64,000 nt of DNA from an uncultured Acidimicrobiia bacterium (GTDB lineage: Bacteria; Actinomycetota; Acidimicrobiia; Spongiisociales; JAENVV01): NCBI GenBank assembly GCA_964600365.1, contig CAZRJG010000002.1:36180-100179 (forward strand), given 5' to 3'. The stretch's first letter is position 1. Each line of letters starts with the position of its first letter. The notes below the pieces were generated by a model. That model did no database searches, was not told the DNA's origin, and saw nothing but the letters and a program-made list of their open reading frames with translations. Positions 1 to 8,333 of this stretch are shown here, one piece after another. The position numbers were made by a program, and so were the translations under genes.

Positions 1-2
1 CC

Positions 3-1079
3 GAGCAAGACGTCGCCCGGATGTTCTGTGACATCACCACACCCGACGGGGTGGCGTTCGAGGGAGACCCCCGCCATGTCCTCCGGCGGACGCTGCGAAC
101 CGCCGCCGAGGAGGGCTACCGCTTCTACGTCGGCCCCGAAATGGAGTTCTTCTACTTCGAGGACAGCTCACCGAATCCCGTGGTCCTCGACCACGGGGGT
201 TACTTCGACCTCACCCCCCTCGATGTCGCCCAGGAGTACCGGCGCATGACCATCGACCACCTCGAGCACCTCGGGATCCCGGTGGAATCTTCCCACCACG
301 AGGTGGCCCCGAGCCAGCACGAGATCATCCTTCGCTACGACGATGCGCTCACCATGGCCGACAACGTGATGACCGCCCGCCTCGCGGTCAAAGAGGTGGC
401 GATGGCCCGGGGCAAGTACGCCACGTTCATGCCCAAGCCCCTCGAGGGACACGATGGCTCGGCACTGCACCTCCACCTCTCCCTGTTCTCGGGGGACGAC
501 AACGCCTTCCACGATCCCGATGCGGCCGATGGCCTCAGCGACGTGGGTCGCTCGTTCATCGCAGGACTCCTCCACCACGCCCCCGCCTTCACTGCCATCA
601 CGAACCAGTGGGTGAACTCCTACAAGCGGCTCGTGGGGGGCTTCGAGGCACCGGCACACACCACGTGGGCCCACAACAACCAGTCGGCCCTCGTGCGGAT
701 CCCCACCCCCAAGTCGGGGAAGCAGGAGTCGTCACGCATCGAGCTTCGCTCGCCCGACGCGGCATGCAATCCGTACCTCGCCTTCGCCGCTCTCCTCGCC
801 GCGGGCCTCGATGGTGTCCGAAGGGGCCTGGAGCCCATGACAGAGCTCGACGGCAACGCCTTCACCCTCTCCGACGCACAGTTGGCCGAACGCGGAATTC
901 GCAGGCTCCCCCAGACGCTGTCCGAGGCCCTCGACGCCCTCGAGGGGTCGGAGCTCATGCGGGCGACGCTCGGCGAGCACACCACCGACTGGTTCCTCAA
1001 GAACAAGCGACGCGAGTGGGAGCGGTACCAACACCACGTCTCGCGCTTCGAGTTGGAGCAGTACCTCCCGGTGCTCTGA
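3..1079 (+). CDS. glnA: Glutamine synthetase, 5'-truncated at window edge (catalytic C-terminal domain present)
   Basis: The reading frame is open from nt 3 with no upstream stop. The translation carries the GS catalytic-domain signature (GPEMEFFYF, HLHLSLF, NxYKRL, SxRIP-like motifs). It ends TGA at 1077-1079. Confidence 0.85.
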   Translation, partial: EQDVARMFCDITTPDGVAFEGDPRHVLRRTLRTAAEEGYRFYVGPEMEFFYFEDSSPNPVVLDHGGYFDLTPLDVAQEYRRMTIDHLEHLGIPVESSHHEVAPSQHEIILRYDDALTMADNVMTARLAVKEVAMARGKYATFMPKPLEGHDGSALHLHLSLFSGDDNAFHDPDAADGLSDVGRSFIAGLLHHAPAFTAITNQWVNSYKRLVGGFEAPAHTTWAHNNQSALVRIPTPKSGKQESSRIELRSPDAACNPYLAFAALLAAGLDGVRRGLEPMTELDGNAFTLSDAQLAERGIRRLPQTLSEALDALEGSELMRATLGEHTTDWFLKNKRREWERYQHHVSRFELEQYLPVL

Positions 1080-1705
1080 TGACGATCGCAGTCCACCCCG
1101 CCGAACTCAGCCCCCTCGTGGAGGAGGCGTTGCTCATGCTCGGGCGGGACCATGAGCTCGTGGACGAGGACGCCCTCACGGGTACTCCCTCGTGGAGCTG
1201 CCTCCTCCTCGACCTCGGCGACCAACCCGCGCGGCGGCTTCGCCTCTCCCGACCCATCGCTGAGTCAGGGGTCCCGGTCGTGGTCATCATCCCCTCGGAC
1301 CGACTCCTCCTCCTCGAACAGGAGTCGTGGCCGGCCGACTTCGTGATCGACGTCGCCGATCCGATCGAGATCCGGATCCGCCTCTCCCGCGCGATCGGGG
1401 ACGAGGAGGCGTCCGATGAGCTCGTCCACGAGGACCTCGTACTCGACCTCGCGACGTACCAGGCCACCGTCGGGGGCGACCCGATCGACCTCACGTACAT
1501 GGAGTACGAGTTGCTCCGGTACTTCGTCGAGCACAAGGGCCGCGTGTGGTCGCGCGAGCAGATCCTCCAGCACGTATGGGGCTACGACTACTTCGGCGGC
1601 GCCAGGACCGTCGACGTCCACGTCCGTCGCCTCCGGGCCAAGATCGGTGAGGAGCGGGCCAATTGGATCACGACGGTGCGTTCCGTCGGCTACCGCTTCG
1701 GCTAG
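1079..1705 (+). CDS. OmpR-family winged-helix regulator with a degenerate receiver-like N-domain (GlnR-like orphan regulator)
   Basis: The C-terminal region (LTYMEYELLRYFVEHKGRVWSREQIL...GYRFG) is a typical OmpR/PhoB wHTH. The N-domain has the receiver-like LLLDL and VVVIIPSD motifs but lacks the N-terminal acidic DD pocket. The ATG overlaps the glnA stop (TGATG). Confidence 0.7.
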   Translation: MTIAVHPAELSPLVEEALLMLGRDHELVDEDALTGTPSWSCLLLDLGDQPARRLRLSRPIAESGVPVVVIIPSDRLLLLEQESWPADFVIDVADPIEIRIRLSRAIGDEEASDELVHEDLVLDLATYQATVGGDPIDLTYMEYELLRYFVEHKGRVWSREQILQHVWGYDYFGGARTVDVHVRRLRAKIGEERANWITTVRSVGYRFG

Positions 1706-1715
1706 GCGCCGCTTC

Positions 1716-2582
1716 CTAGAGCGAGGCCCACGGCTCGTTCGAGAGGTACTTCCACCCTGCGTCGGGCAGGAGCATCACCGACGTGCCCCCCTCCCGGGTG
1801 AGCGTGTCGATGGCTGCGTGGATGATGGCCCCCGACGACGTCCCGACGAAGTGACCCTCCGCCAAGATCGTCTCGTGGACCATGGCCTCTGCCGTGGCGC
1901 GGGGCACCTGGTGGCGATCGGTCACGAGTGAGAGGTCCGCCACCGGCGGCTGGAACGGGTCGTCCTGGGAGCGCATTCCGCTGATCGGGTCCTCGTAGAA
2001 GGGTTCGACGGAATGGATCCGGATGCCCGGCCACCTATGCACGAGGCCTCGGCTGTTCCCCGTGATGGTGCCACCGGTCCCATACGCGGCGTGCATGTGG
2101 GTCGGGGGCTCCTCGAGCGGCCAGTCGCGGACGATCTCGAGCGAGGTCCCGAAGAAATGGGCGTAGGCGTTCCACCGGTTCGCGTACTGGTTGAGGATCA
2201 CTCCCTCGCCCTCGGCAGCGAGTTGCTCGGCGCGGCCGAGGGCATCGGCAGGGGCCCCTTCGACCTCGATGAGCTCGGCGCCGTAGGCCCGGAGCAGCGT
2301 CTTGCGCTCCTCGGTCGCTGAGGCGGGCAGGCAGATAGCCACAGGGTGGCCATTCGTCACCCCGAGCCGGGTGAGGCCGATCCCCGTGTTCCCCGACGTC
2401 GCCTCGACGATCGGTTCGCCCGGACGCAAACGGCCTGTCTGGCGGGCGTTGATGAACATGAACCACGCCGGTCGATCCTTGATCGAGCCCGTCGGGTTGT
2501 ACCACTCGAGCTTGGCGAACAGCCTCGTCCCAGCAGGCGCAAGGCTGCGGAACTCGACGAGAGGTGTGTTGCCCGGTTGCAT
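1716..2582 (-). CDS. PLP-dependent cysteine synthase family protein (CysK/CysM-like)
   Basis: SIKDR lysine motif, GNTGIGLT and GTGGTITG glycine loops; 288 aa. Confidence 0.8.
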   Translation of the reverse strand: MQPGNTPLVEFRSLAPAGTRLFAKLEWYNPTGSIKDRPAWFMFINARQTGRLRPGEPIVEATSGNTGIGLTRLGVTNGHPVAICLPASATEERKTLLRAYGAELIEVEGAPADALGRAEQLAAEGEGVILNQYANRWNAYAHFFGTSLEIVRDWPLEEPPTHMHAAYGTGGTITGNSRGLVHRWPGIRIHSVEPFYEDPISGMRSQDDPFQPPVADLSLVTDRHQVPRATAEAMVHETILAEGHFVGTSSGAIIHAAIDTLTREGGTSVMLLPDAGWKYLSNEPWASL

Positions 2583-2643
2583 GGTGCTCCAAACAGAACG
2601 CCCCGGCGGGGAGCCGGGGCGTCAGAACTGGCGTGGTCGGCTC

Positions 2644-3015
2644 CTACGAGAAACTATTCCCGCATCCACACGAACGAGTCACGTTCGGGTTGTTGATCGA
2701 GAATCCGGAACCCATGAGACCGTCCTTGAAGTCGAGCGTCGCTCCACGGATCATGTCGGCGCTCTGGGGATCCACGAGCACCCGGACGTCGCCATCGGTG
2801 CCGAACGTCTCGACGATGTCATCGTCCTCGACCTGCGTGTCGAAGTACATCTCGTACGAGAAGCCCGAGCAGCCACCTGGGCGAACGGCCATTCGCAAGG
2901 CGAGATCGGGATCGCCCTCGGCTGCGACGAGTTCGCGGATCTTCTCCACGGCGAGGTCGGTGAGCTGCACCGTCGTGCCGGGGGCCTTGGACTTGATGAA
3001 GAGCGACTGTTCCAT
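2644..3015 (-). CDS. Iron-sulfur cluster insertion protein ErpA/IscA (HesB family)
   Basis: HesB signature: C..GCSGFSY... and C-terminal GCGCG(N)SF. The internal Met at 3015 gives the canonical length of about 123 aa; the longer ORF to 3060 is probably an N-terminal over-extension. Confidence 0.8.
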   Translation of the reverse strand: MEQSLFIKSKAPGTTVQLTDLAVEKIRELVAAEGDPDLALRMAVRPGGCSGFSYEMYFDTQVEDDDIVETFGTDGDVRVLVDPQSADMIRGATLDFKDGLMGSGFSINNPNVTRSCGCGNSFS

Positions 3016-3116
3016 GTGGTGCGTTCCTCCTGGGTGGGCGAGTATATCGGCGGTTTCCACTAGCGCGGTAGGGGAAACCCCGCAACTACCCCTGTCGCCC
3101 GCATACCCTTGATTCC

Positions 3117-4247
3117 ATGCCGATTATCGACGACATCTACACCGCGCTCAAGGGCGTGATCGACCCCGAGTTGGGCTCCGACGTCGTCGAACTGGGCATG
3201 ATCCACGACGTTCGCGTCGACGGATCACACGCCGACATCGACCTTGCGCTCACCATCGCCGAGTGCCCCCAGCGAGGGCAGTTGGAGGAGGACACCCGAC
3301 GCAAGGCCCGATCCGTCTCGGGTATCGAGACCGTCGAGGTGCACACAACGGCAATGACGGGTTCGCAGCGGTCGGCCCTCATGGAGACCGCCCGCAGGAA
3401 GGCCCGGCAGCGGGCCGCGCCAACCGCGATCGCACCGACGACCCGCGTGCTCGCCATCGCCTCCGGGAAGGGCGGCGTCGGCAAGTCCACCACGACCGTG
3501 AACCTCGCCGCTGCGCTCTCGGGAGCAGGCCGCAGCGTCGGCATCCTCGACGCCGACATCTGGGGCTTCTCCATCCCTCGCATGCTCGGCACCCGTGATC
3601 GGATCACCGCAAACGACGACCGACAGCTCATCCCGGTCATGGCCCAGGGCCTCGAGATCGTCTCGACCGGCCTCATCACAGAGTCCGAGGAGACCGCGCT
3701 CATGTGGCGTGGCCTCATGCTGAGCAAGGCCCTCGAGCAGTTCCTCACCCAGGTGCGGTGGAGTGCCCTCGACTACCTCCTCATCGACATGCCACCCGGC
3801 ACGGGCGACGTCCAGATGGCCCTCTCGCGCATGCTCCCCCAGGCCGAGATGGTGGTCGTGACCACTCCCCAGCGCACCGCACAGAAGGTCGCAGTCCGGG
3901 TCGCCGACATGGCCCGACGGTCCTTCATGCCGATCGCGGGGGTGGTCGAGAACATGACCTCCTTCGTGTGCGACCACGGCGAGGAGTATGCCCTGTTCGG
4001 TCGCGGGGGCGGGGACGCCCTCGCCGAGGAACTCGAGGTACCCGTGCTCGGTCGGATCCCGCTGGACTCCAGCCTCGTAGAAGGCGGGGACACGGGCAGG
4101 CCAGCAGCCATCCACGATCCCAGCGGTCCCGCTGGCAGCGCGTTCGGTGCGCTCGCGACCCGGATCCTCGAGGTCGTCCCACCAGCGGAGGCATCGTGCG
4201 GGGTGCGGATCGAGGAACTCCTCGAGTCACTCCCGCCCCGGCCCTGA
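3117..4247 (+). CDS. Mrp/ApbC Fe-S cluster carrier ATPase with N-terminal DUF59
   Basis: N-terminal DUF59 (VIDPELGSDVVELGMI), Walker A (ASGKGGVGKST) and the CxxC region (FVCDHGEE). It is divergent from the HesB gene. Confidence 0.85.
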   Translation: MPIIDDIYTALKGVIDPELGSDVVELGMIHDVRVDGSHADIDLALTIAECPQRGQLEEDTRRKARSVSGIETVEVHTTAMTGSQRSALMETARRKARQRAAPTAIAPTTRVLAIASGKGGVGKSTTTVNLAAALSGAGRSVGILDADIWGFSIPRMLGTRDRITANDDRQLIPVMAQGLEIVSTGLITESEETALMWRGLMLSKALEQFLTQVRWSALDYLLIDMPPGTGDVQMALSRMLPQAEMVVVTTPQRTAQKVAVRVADMARRSFMPIAGVVENMTSFVCDHGEEYALFGRGGGDALAEELEVPVLGRIPLDSSLVEGGDTGRPAAIHDPSGPAGSAFGALATRILEVVPPAEASCGVRIEELLESLPPRP

Positions 4248-4285
4248 TCCCGATCGGTGTCCTTCGGCCCACGTCACCCAAGGAA

Positions 4286-4430
4286 GCCCTCGTGGCCCGA
4301 CCTCATCCTCCTCGACATCAACATCCCGAAGAGGCGCTCCGTGGAATCCCCGTGGTGACCATCACCACCTCGGGTGACACCGAGGACGTCCGCCTCGCCT
4401 ACCGGAGCGGCACACGCTCCTGTCGCTGTC
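4286..4430 (+). pseudogene. Remnant of a response-regulator receiver domain (frameshifted, N-terminus missing)
   Basis: Two adjacent frames read SWPDLILLDINIPKRRSVES(stop) and then IPVVTITTSGDTEDVRLAYRSG. These are the classic PDLILLDinMP and vvvLTtsgeeedv..ay receiver motifs. No start codon and no acidic pocket segment. Confidence 0.35.
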
Positions 4431-4522
4431 GGGGTTGTCGGGGAGCTCCACGATGCGAAACCAGCCGTGGCCGATCGTCATCGGGGCGTCGACGAGTTCC
4501 TCCCGCCTCCTGCGCTGATCCC

Positions 4523-5743
4523 TCAGGGACAGAGCCCTGCGACGAGCGGCGTAGGGTTCACCGCCGACCCACCGCCGGGGTGGTACTCGAAATGCAGGTG
4601 CGGGATGTGCTCGGGCGCGTTCCCACTGGTTCCCACATAGCCCAGCATCGCCCCCACGCCCACCGACTGCCCCTGCGAGAGCCCCGGGGCATGGGAATCG
4701 AGGTGCGCGTAGTAGAAGGTGTCGCCGGAGTCCCCGGCAAGCCACACGGTGAACCCACCGAGCGACGAATTCCGCATGCTCCTGACCGTGCCCGACTCGA
4801 TGGCAACGACCGGGGTCCCTCGGGCGGCGAGCATGTCCACACCCTCGTGTGAACGACCACCCGATCGGGGAGCGCCCCAGGTGTCGGTGAACCTGGAGTA
4901 GCCACCCACTGGACACACCTGCGACGCCGAGACCGCCACCTCCGTCGTGGTCGTGGTCGTCGACGTCGTGCTCGGAAGCGTGGTCGTCGTCGTCGTGGGC
5001 GCACTCGTCGACGTCGGAGTTGGAAGCGTGGTCGTCGACGTCGTGCTCGGAAGCGTGGTCGTCGTCGTGGTCGTGGTCGTCGAGGTGGCGAGCCTCGCCG
5101 CCTCCTCTGCGGCAGCGCGAGCTGCTGCTTCAAGGGCCGCCTGGCGAGCAGCTTCCTCCTCGGCGGCCCGGCGCATCCGGAGGTCGCGGTAGATGGCGCT
5201 CGCCTCCTCCAGGCGGAGGTTCACCTCGTTGGCCCGCGCTTCGAGTTCCGGCCCGACGATGGCGAGGTCGGCCTCGGCGACGGCCACGTCGGCCTCCAGC
5301 CGTCGGAGGGCGGCGATCCTCGCGTCGAGCTCATTGAGCATCGCCCGGTCCGACTTGCCGACCTCCTCCAGGTAACCAACCCCGGCCCCGGCGCTCTCCA
5401 CCGTCTCGCTCACGAAGAACGCGGCGACGTTCGCCACCGAAGCATCCATGTAGATCTCGACGGCGCGCGCGAGGGCAAGCTCCTCGAGCTGGCGCACTTC
5501 GAGCCGAGCATCGAGCAACGCCGCAGCCAGCGCGTCGGCCTCCGCCTCGAGCAGCGCGTCCCTACGGAGGGTCTCCTCCCACAGCCCGACGACCTCGTCG
5601 AGTTCTGCGCCGAGTTCCTCGAGTCGACGTTCGGCCTCGTCGAGGTCCTCGTCGGAGACCTGGAAGGCCGCCGTGGGCAGGGCGACGACGAGCACGAGGG
5701 CAACGAGGGCCAGGAGGCGCGCCCGCACCATGAGCCGGCTCAT
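4523..5743 (-). CDS. Secreted M23 family metallopeptidase (coiled-coil N-region, Thr-rich linker, C-terminal LytM domain)
   Basis: Signal-like start MSRLMVRARLLALVALVLVVALP. C-terminal M23 motifs (HEGVD, YYAHL, HLHFEYH). The central run TTTTTTTTTLPSTTSTTT is encoded by direct repeats. Confidence 0.8.
   Translation of the reverse strand: MSRLMVRARLLALVALVLVVALPTAAFQVSDEDLDEAERRLEELGAELDEVVGLWEETLRRDALLEAEADALAAALLDARLEVRQLEELALARAVEIYMDASVANVAAFFVSETVESAGAGVGYLEEVGKSDRAMLNELDARIAALRRLEADVAVAEADLAIVGPELEARANEVNLRLEEASAIYRDLRMRRAAEEEAARQAALEAAARAAAEEAARLATSTTTTTTTTTLPSTTSTTTLPTPTSTSAPTTTTTTLPSTTSTTTTTTEVAVSASQVCPVGGYSRFTDTWGAPRSGGRSHEGVDMLAARGTPVVAIESGTVRSMRNSSLGGFTVWLAGDSGDTFYYAHLDSHAPGLSQGQSVGVGAMLGYVGTSGNAPEHIPHLHFEYHPGGGSAVNPTPLVAGLCP
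4954..5066. repeat. Perfect 40-bp direct repeat (two copies, 73 bp apart) inside the Thr-rich linker of the M23 peptidase gene
   Basis: gtggtcgtcgacgtcgtgctcggaagcgtggtcgtcgtcg occurs at 4954-4993 and again at 5027-5066, embedded in (ggtcgtcgt)n microsatellite-like sequence. Confidence 0.8.
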
Positions 5744-6534
5744 CGCAGGAGCCTCACCAACGAGCCCCACAGGTCGGTGGTCCGCTCGAACGCCACCGCG
5801 CCGTCATCCACGAGCTTGCCGACGTGGGCGGCGACCGAGTGCGCGGCGATGGGGTGGAGTTCGGGGTCCACGTCGGCATACACGTCTTCGACGATCGCTC
5901 CGATGCTCCCGGCGCCCGACCGGAGGGCCGCGATGACCTGCTCCTCGCGCTCGAGCCTGTGGGAGATGTAGTGGTCGATCACCCCGGCGGGGTCGTCGAT
6001 CTCAGGACCGTGGCCAGGGAAAAGGCGCTCGAGCGTGAGGTCGCGCACCTTGCGGAGGCTGGCGAGGTAGGCGGTGAGGTCCTGCACCATCACCGTGGAG
6101 CCGCCCATGATGTGGTCCCCGGTGAACATCCACCGATCGAGCACGAAACACAGGTGGTCATCGGCGTGACCGGGCGTGTGGAGGACCTCGAGCGAGGAGC
6201 CGGCCACCTCCACGGTGCTGCCCTCCGAGAGCTGCTCGTCGGGCCGGAACTCGGCCGAGGGTGCGTAGCCCAGCGCCACCGTCCCCCAGTTCCGGGCCAG
6301 GGGGTTGGCCAGCGGCGCATGGTCGAGGTGGGTGTGGGTGACAACGACGGAGGCGACCCGCCTTCCGGCAACGACCCGATCGATCGCAGCAGCGTGCGCA
6401 TCGATCACGGGACCGGGGTCGAGCACGATCACCTCGTCGGCGTCGCCGATGACCCACGTATTCGTGCCGAGTCCTGTCCAGGGGCTGGGATTGGGGGCGA
6501 GGACCTTCTCGACCCTCACGCGTCGTGCTCCCAC
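5740..6534 (-). CDS. MBL-fold metallo-hydrolase (hydroxyacylglutathione hydrolase-like)
   Basis: VVTHTHLDHA (HxHxDH), HTPGHADDH; 264 aa. Confidence 0.75.
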   Translation of the reverse strand: MGARRVRVEKVLAPNPSPWTGLGTNTWVIGDADEVIVLDPGPVIDAHAAAIDRVVAGRRVASVVVTHTHLDHAPLANPLARNWGTVALGYAPSAEFRPDEQLSEGSTVEVAGSSLEVLHTPGHADDHLCFVLDRWMFTGDHIMGGSTVMVQDLTAYLASLRKVRDLTLERLFPGHGPEIDDPAGVIDHYISHRLEREEQVIAALRSGAGSIGAIVEDVYADVDPELHPIAAHSVAAHVGKLVDDGAVAFERTTDLWGSLVRLLR

Positions 6535-6995
6535 GCGTCGACGTCGATGACCGTGCCGGTCTCCCCCGACACGACGACCTGGCCAGCGAATCGCTTCGCG
6601 ACTCGCGCGTGGATGAGATCCCGCACTGCGGGGACGAGGAGTGCGAAGCCCACGACGTCAGTGAAGAACCCCGGGGAGATGAGCAGGGCGCCCGAGACGA
6701 GGATCGCCGCGCCGTGCGTGAGCTCGCGACCGGGCAGGGATCCCGAGGAGAGCCGTTCCCGGAAACGAGACATGACGGCGAGGCCGGCGCGGCGCACCAA
6801 CACGGATCCCGCAAGTGCGGTCCCGAGGGCGATCAGCAGTGCCGCCAGGAGCCCGATCTCGCGCTCGACCAGCACGAAGACCACGAGCTCCACCAGCGCA
6901 ACCGCTCCGAACACGCCGAAGAGGCTCACGACGGGCAGGATACCGGGGGCATGGATATGGGCCCGGGCGCCCCCGGGGTGTCCGCGAGCGCCCAC
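6516..6995 (-). CDS. fxsA: FxsA family inner-membrane protein
   Basis: The C-terminal part of a long antisense ORF matches FxsA: two N-terminal TM segments and the LLISPGFFTDVVGFALLVPAVR motif. Start assigned to a GTG at 6993-6995; start uncertain. Confidence 0.6.
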   Translation of the reverse strand: MGARGHPGGARAHIHAPGILPVVSLFGVFGAVALVELVVFVLVEREIGLLAALLIALGTALAGSVLVRRAGLAVMSRFRERLSSGSLPGRELTHGAAILVSGALLISPGFFTDVVGFALLVPAVRDLIHARVAKRFAGQVVVSGETGTVIDVDAWEHDA

Positions 6996-7022
6996 CCCCT
7001 CCGACCGAATACCCTCCGCTCG

Positions 7023-8333
7023 ATGTCCCTCCGCGACCTTCCTTCGGTCCATGAGCTCGCAGCGACGCTCGACGGCCTGCCAGAGCGTATCCGGATGCTC
7101 GTTGCCCGCGAGTCGATCGAGCATGCCCGCGAGGTCTTGCTCGCCGGCGGAGAGGCCGAGGCAACCGCCGATGCCCTCCGGATGGCTGCGTCCCTCCGTC
7201 GCAACCGACCCACCTCGATCCGGAACGCCACAGGGATCATCGTCCACACGAACCTCGGGCGCGTGCCGCTCCACCCGGACGCCGCGCGGGCGCTCGCCTC
7301 CGCGGCCGGTGGCTACGGCAACGCCGAGTTCGACCTCGGAAGTGGTCGGAGGGGTGGCAGGGGGGCGTGGCTGCGGGTCCTTCTCACCGAACTCACCGGC
7401 GCCGAGGATGCCCACGTCCTCGGGAACAACGCCGGGGCCCTCTTCGCCACGCTCCAAGTCCTTGCGGAAGGACGGGAGGTCCCCGTCTCGCGCGGTGAAC
7501 TCATCGAAATCGGGGGCTCCTACAGACTCCCCGAACTCATGGCGGCGAGCGGCGCGCACCTCGTCGAGGTGGGCACGACGAATAGGACCAGGCCCGCCGA
7601 CTACGCAGCGGCACTCGCCCCTTCCACTGCCCTGCTGCTCAAGGTGCATCCATCCAACTACCGCGTGGTCGGCTTCTCTGAGGAGGCCCCACTCGCTGAA
7701 CTCGCCGCGATCGCGCAAGGTGCCGGAATCCCCCTCGTCCACGACGCGGGATCCGGCCTGCTCGACGCGACGACGCCCTGGATTCCCGGCGGGCCACCTC
7801 CCTGGCTCCGCGGGGAGCCCGGCGTGCGACAGTCGGTCGAGGTCGCCGACCTCACCCTGTTCAGCGGGGACAAGCTCCTCGGAGGACCCCAGGCGGGCGT
7901 GATCGTCGGCTCCGGCGAGCTGGTGGAGTCCATCCGGAGCCATCCCCTCGCGAGAGCGATGCGGATCGATGGACCCACGATGGCCGCCCTCACGACCACC
8001 CTCGAGTACTACGCCGACGGCAGGGCCGACGAACTCCCGATGTGGCGCATGGCGCTGGCCACCGGCGAGGCACTCCGAGAGCGCTGCAGCGTGCTCGCAT
8101 CTGCGCTCGGGGGAACGGTCGAGGACGGATCGTCCCTCGTGGGAGGCGGAAGCACGCCCGGCATGGGGATCTCCTCCCCCGTGGTGCGCCTCGTGGGGCG
8201 CGGCGATGACCACGAGCAGCTCCTCGCCGCCGACCCGCCGATCCTCGCCCGGCGCGACGCTGGCGACCTCCTCATCGACCCAAGGACGCTCGACCCCGCC
8301 GAGGACGCAGACGTCATCGCTGCGCTCGCCTGA
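7023..8333 (+). CDS. selA: L-seryl-tRNA(Sec) selenium transferase
   Basis: Collinear with E. coli SelA from the N-terminal (S)LRDLPSV...HTNLGR motif through the PLP-lysine motif [17 protein letters not shown] and [11 protein letters not shown]. Start 7023; an alternative ATG lies at 6957. Confidence 0.85.
   Translation: MSLRDLPSVHELAATLDGLPERIRMLVARESIEHAREVLLAGGEAEATADALRMAASLRRNRPTSIRNATGIIVHTNLGRVPLHPDAARALASAAGGYGNAEFDLGSGRRGGRGAWLRVLLTELTGAEDAHVLGNNAGALFATLQVLAEGREVPVSRGELIEIGGSYRLPELMAASGAHLVEVGTTNRTRPADYAAALAPSTALLLKVHPSNYRVVGFSEEAPLAELAAIAQGAGIPLVHDAGSGLLDATTPWIPGGPPPWLRGEPGVRQSVEVADLTLFSGDKLLGGPQAGVIVGSGELVESIRSHPLARAMRIDGPTMAALTTTLEYYADGRADELPMWRMALATGEALRERCSVLASALGGTVEDGSSLVGGGSTPGMGISSPVVRLVGRGDDHEQLLAADPPILARRDAGDLLIDPRTLDPAEDADVIAALA

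Noticed and set aside
7000-8213. 565-aa minus-strand ORF (6516-8213) overlapping selA
   Set aside because: Everything upstream of about nt 6995 is antisense to a strongly supported selA and reads as Arg/Gly/Pro-rich text. Only the last 160 codons (FxsA) are kept.
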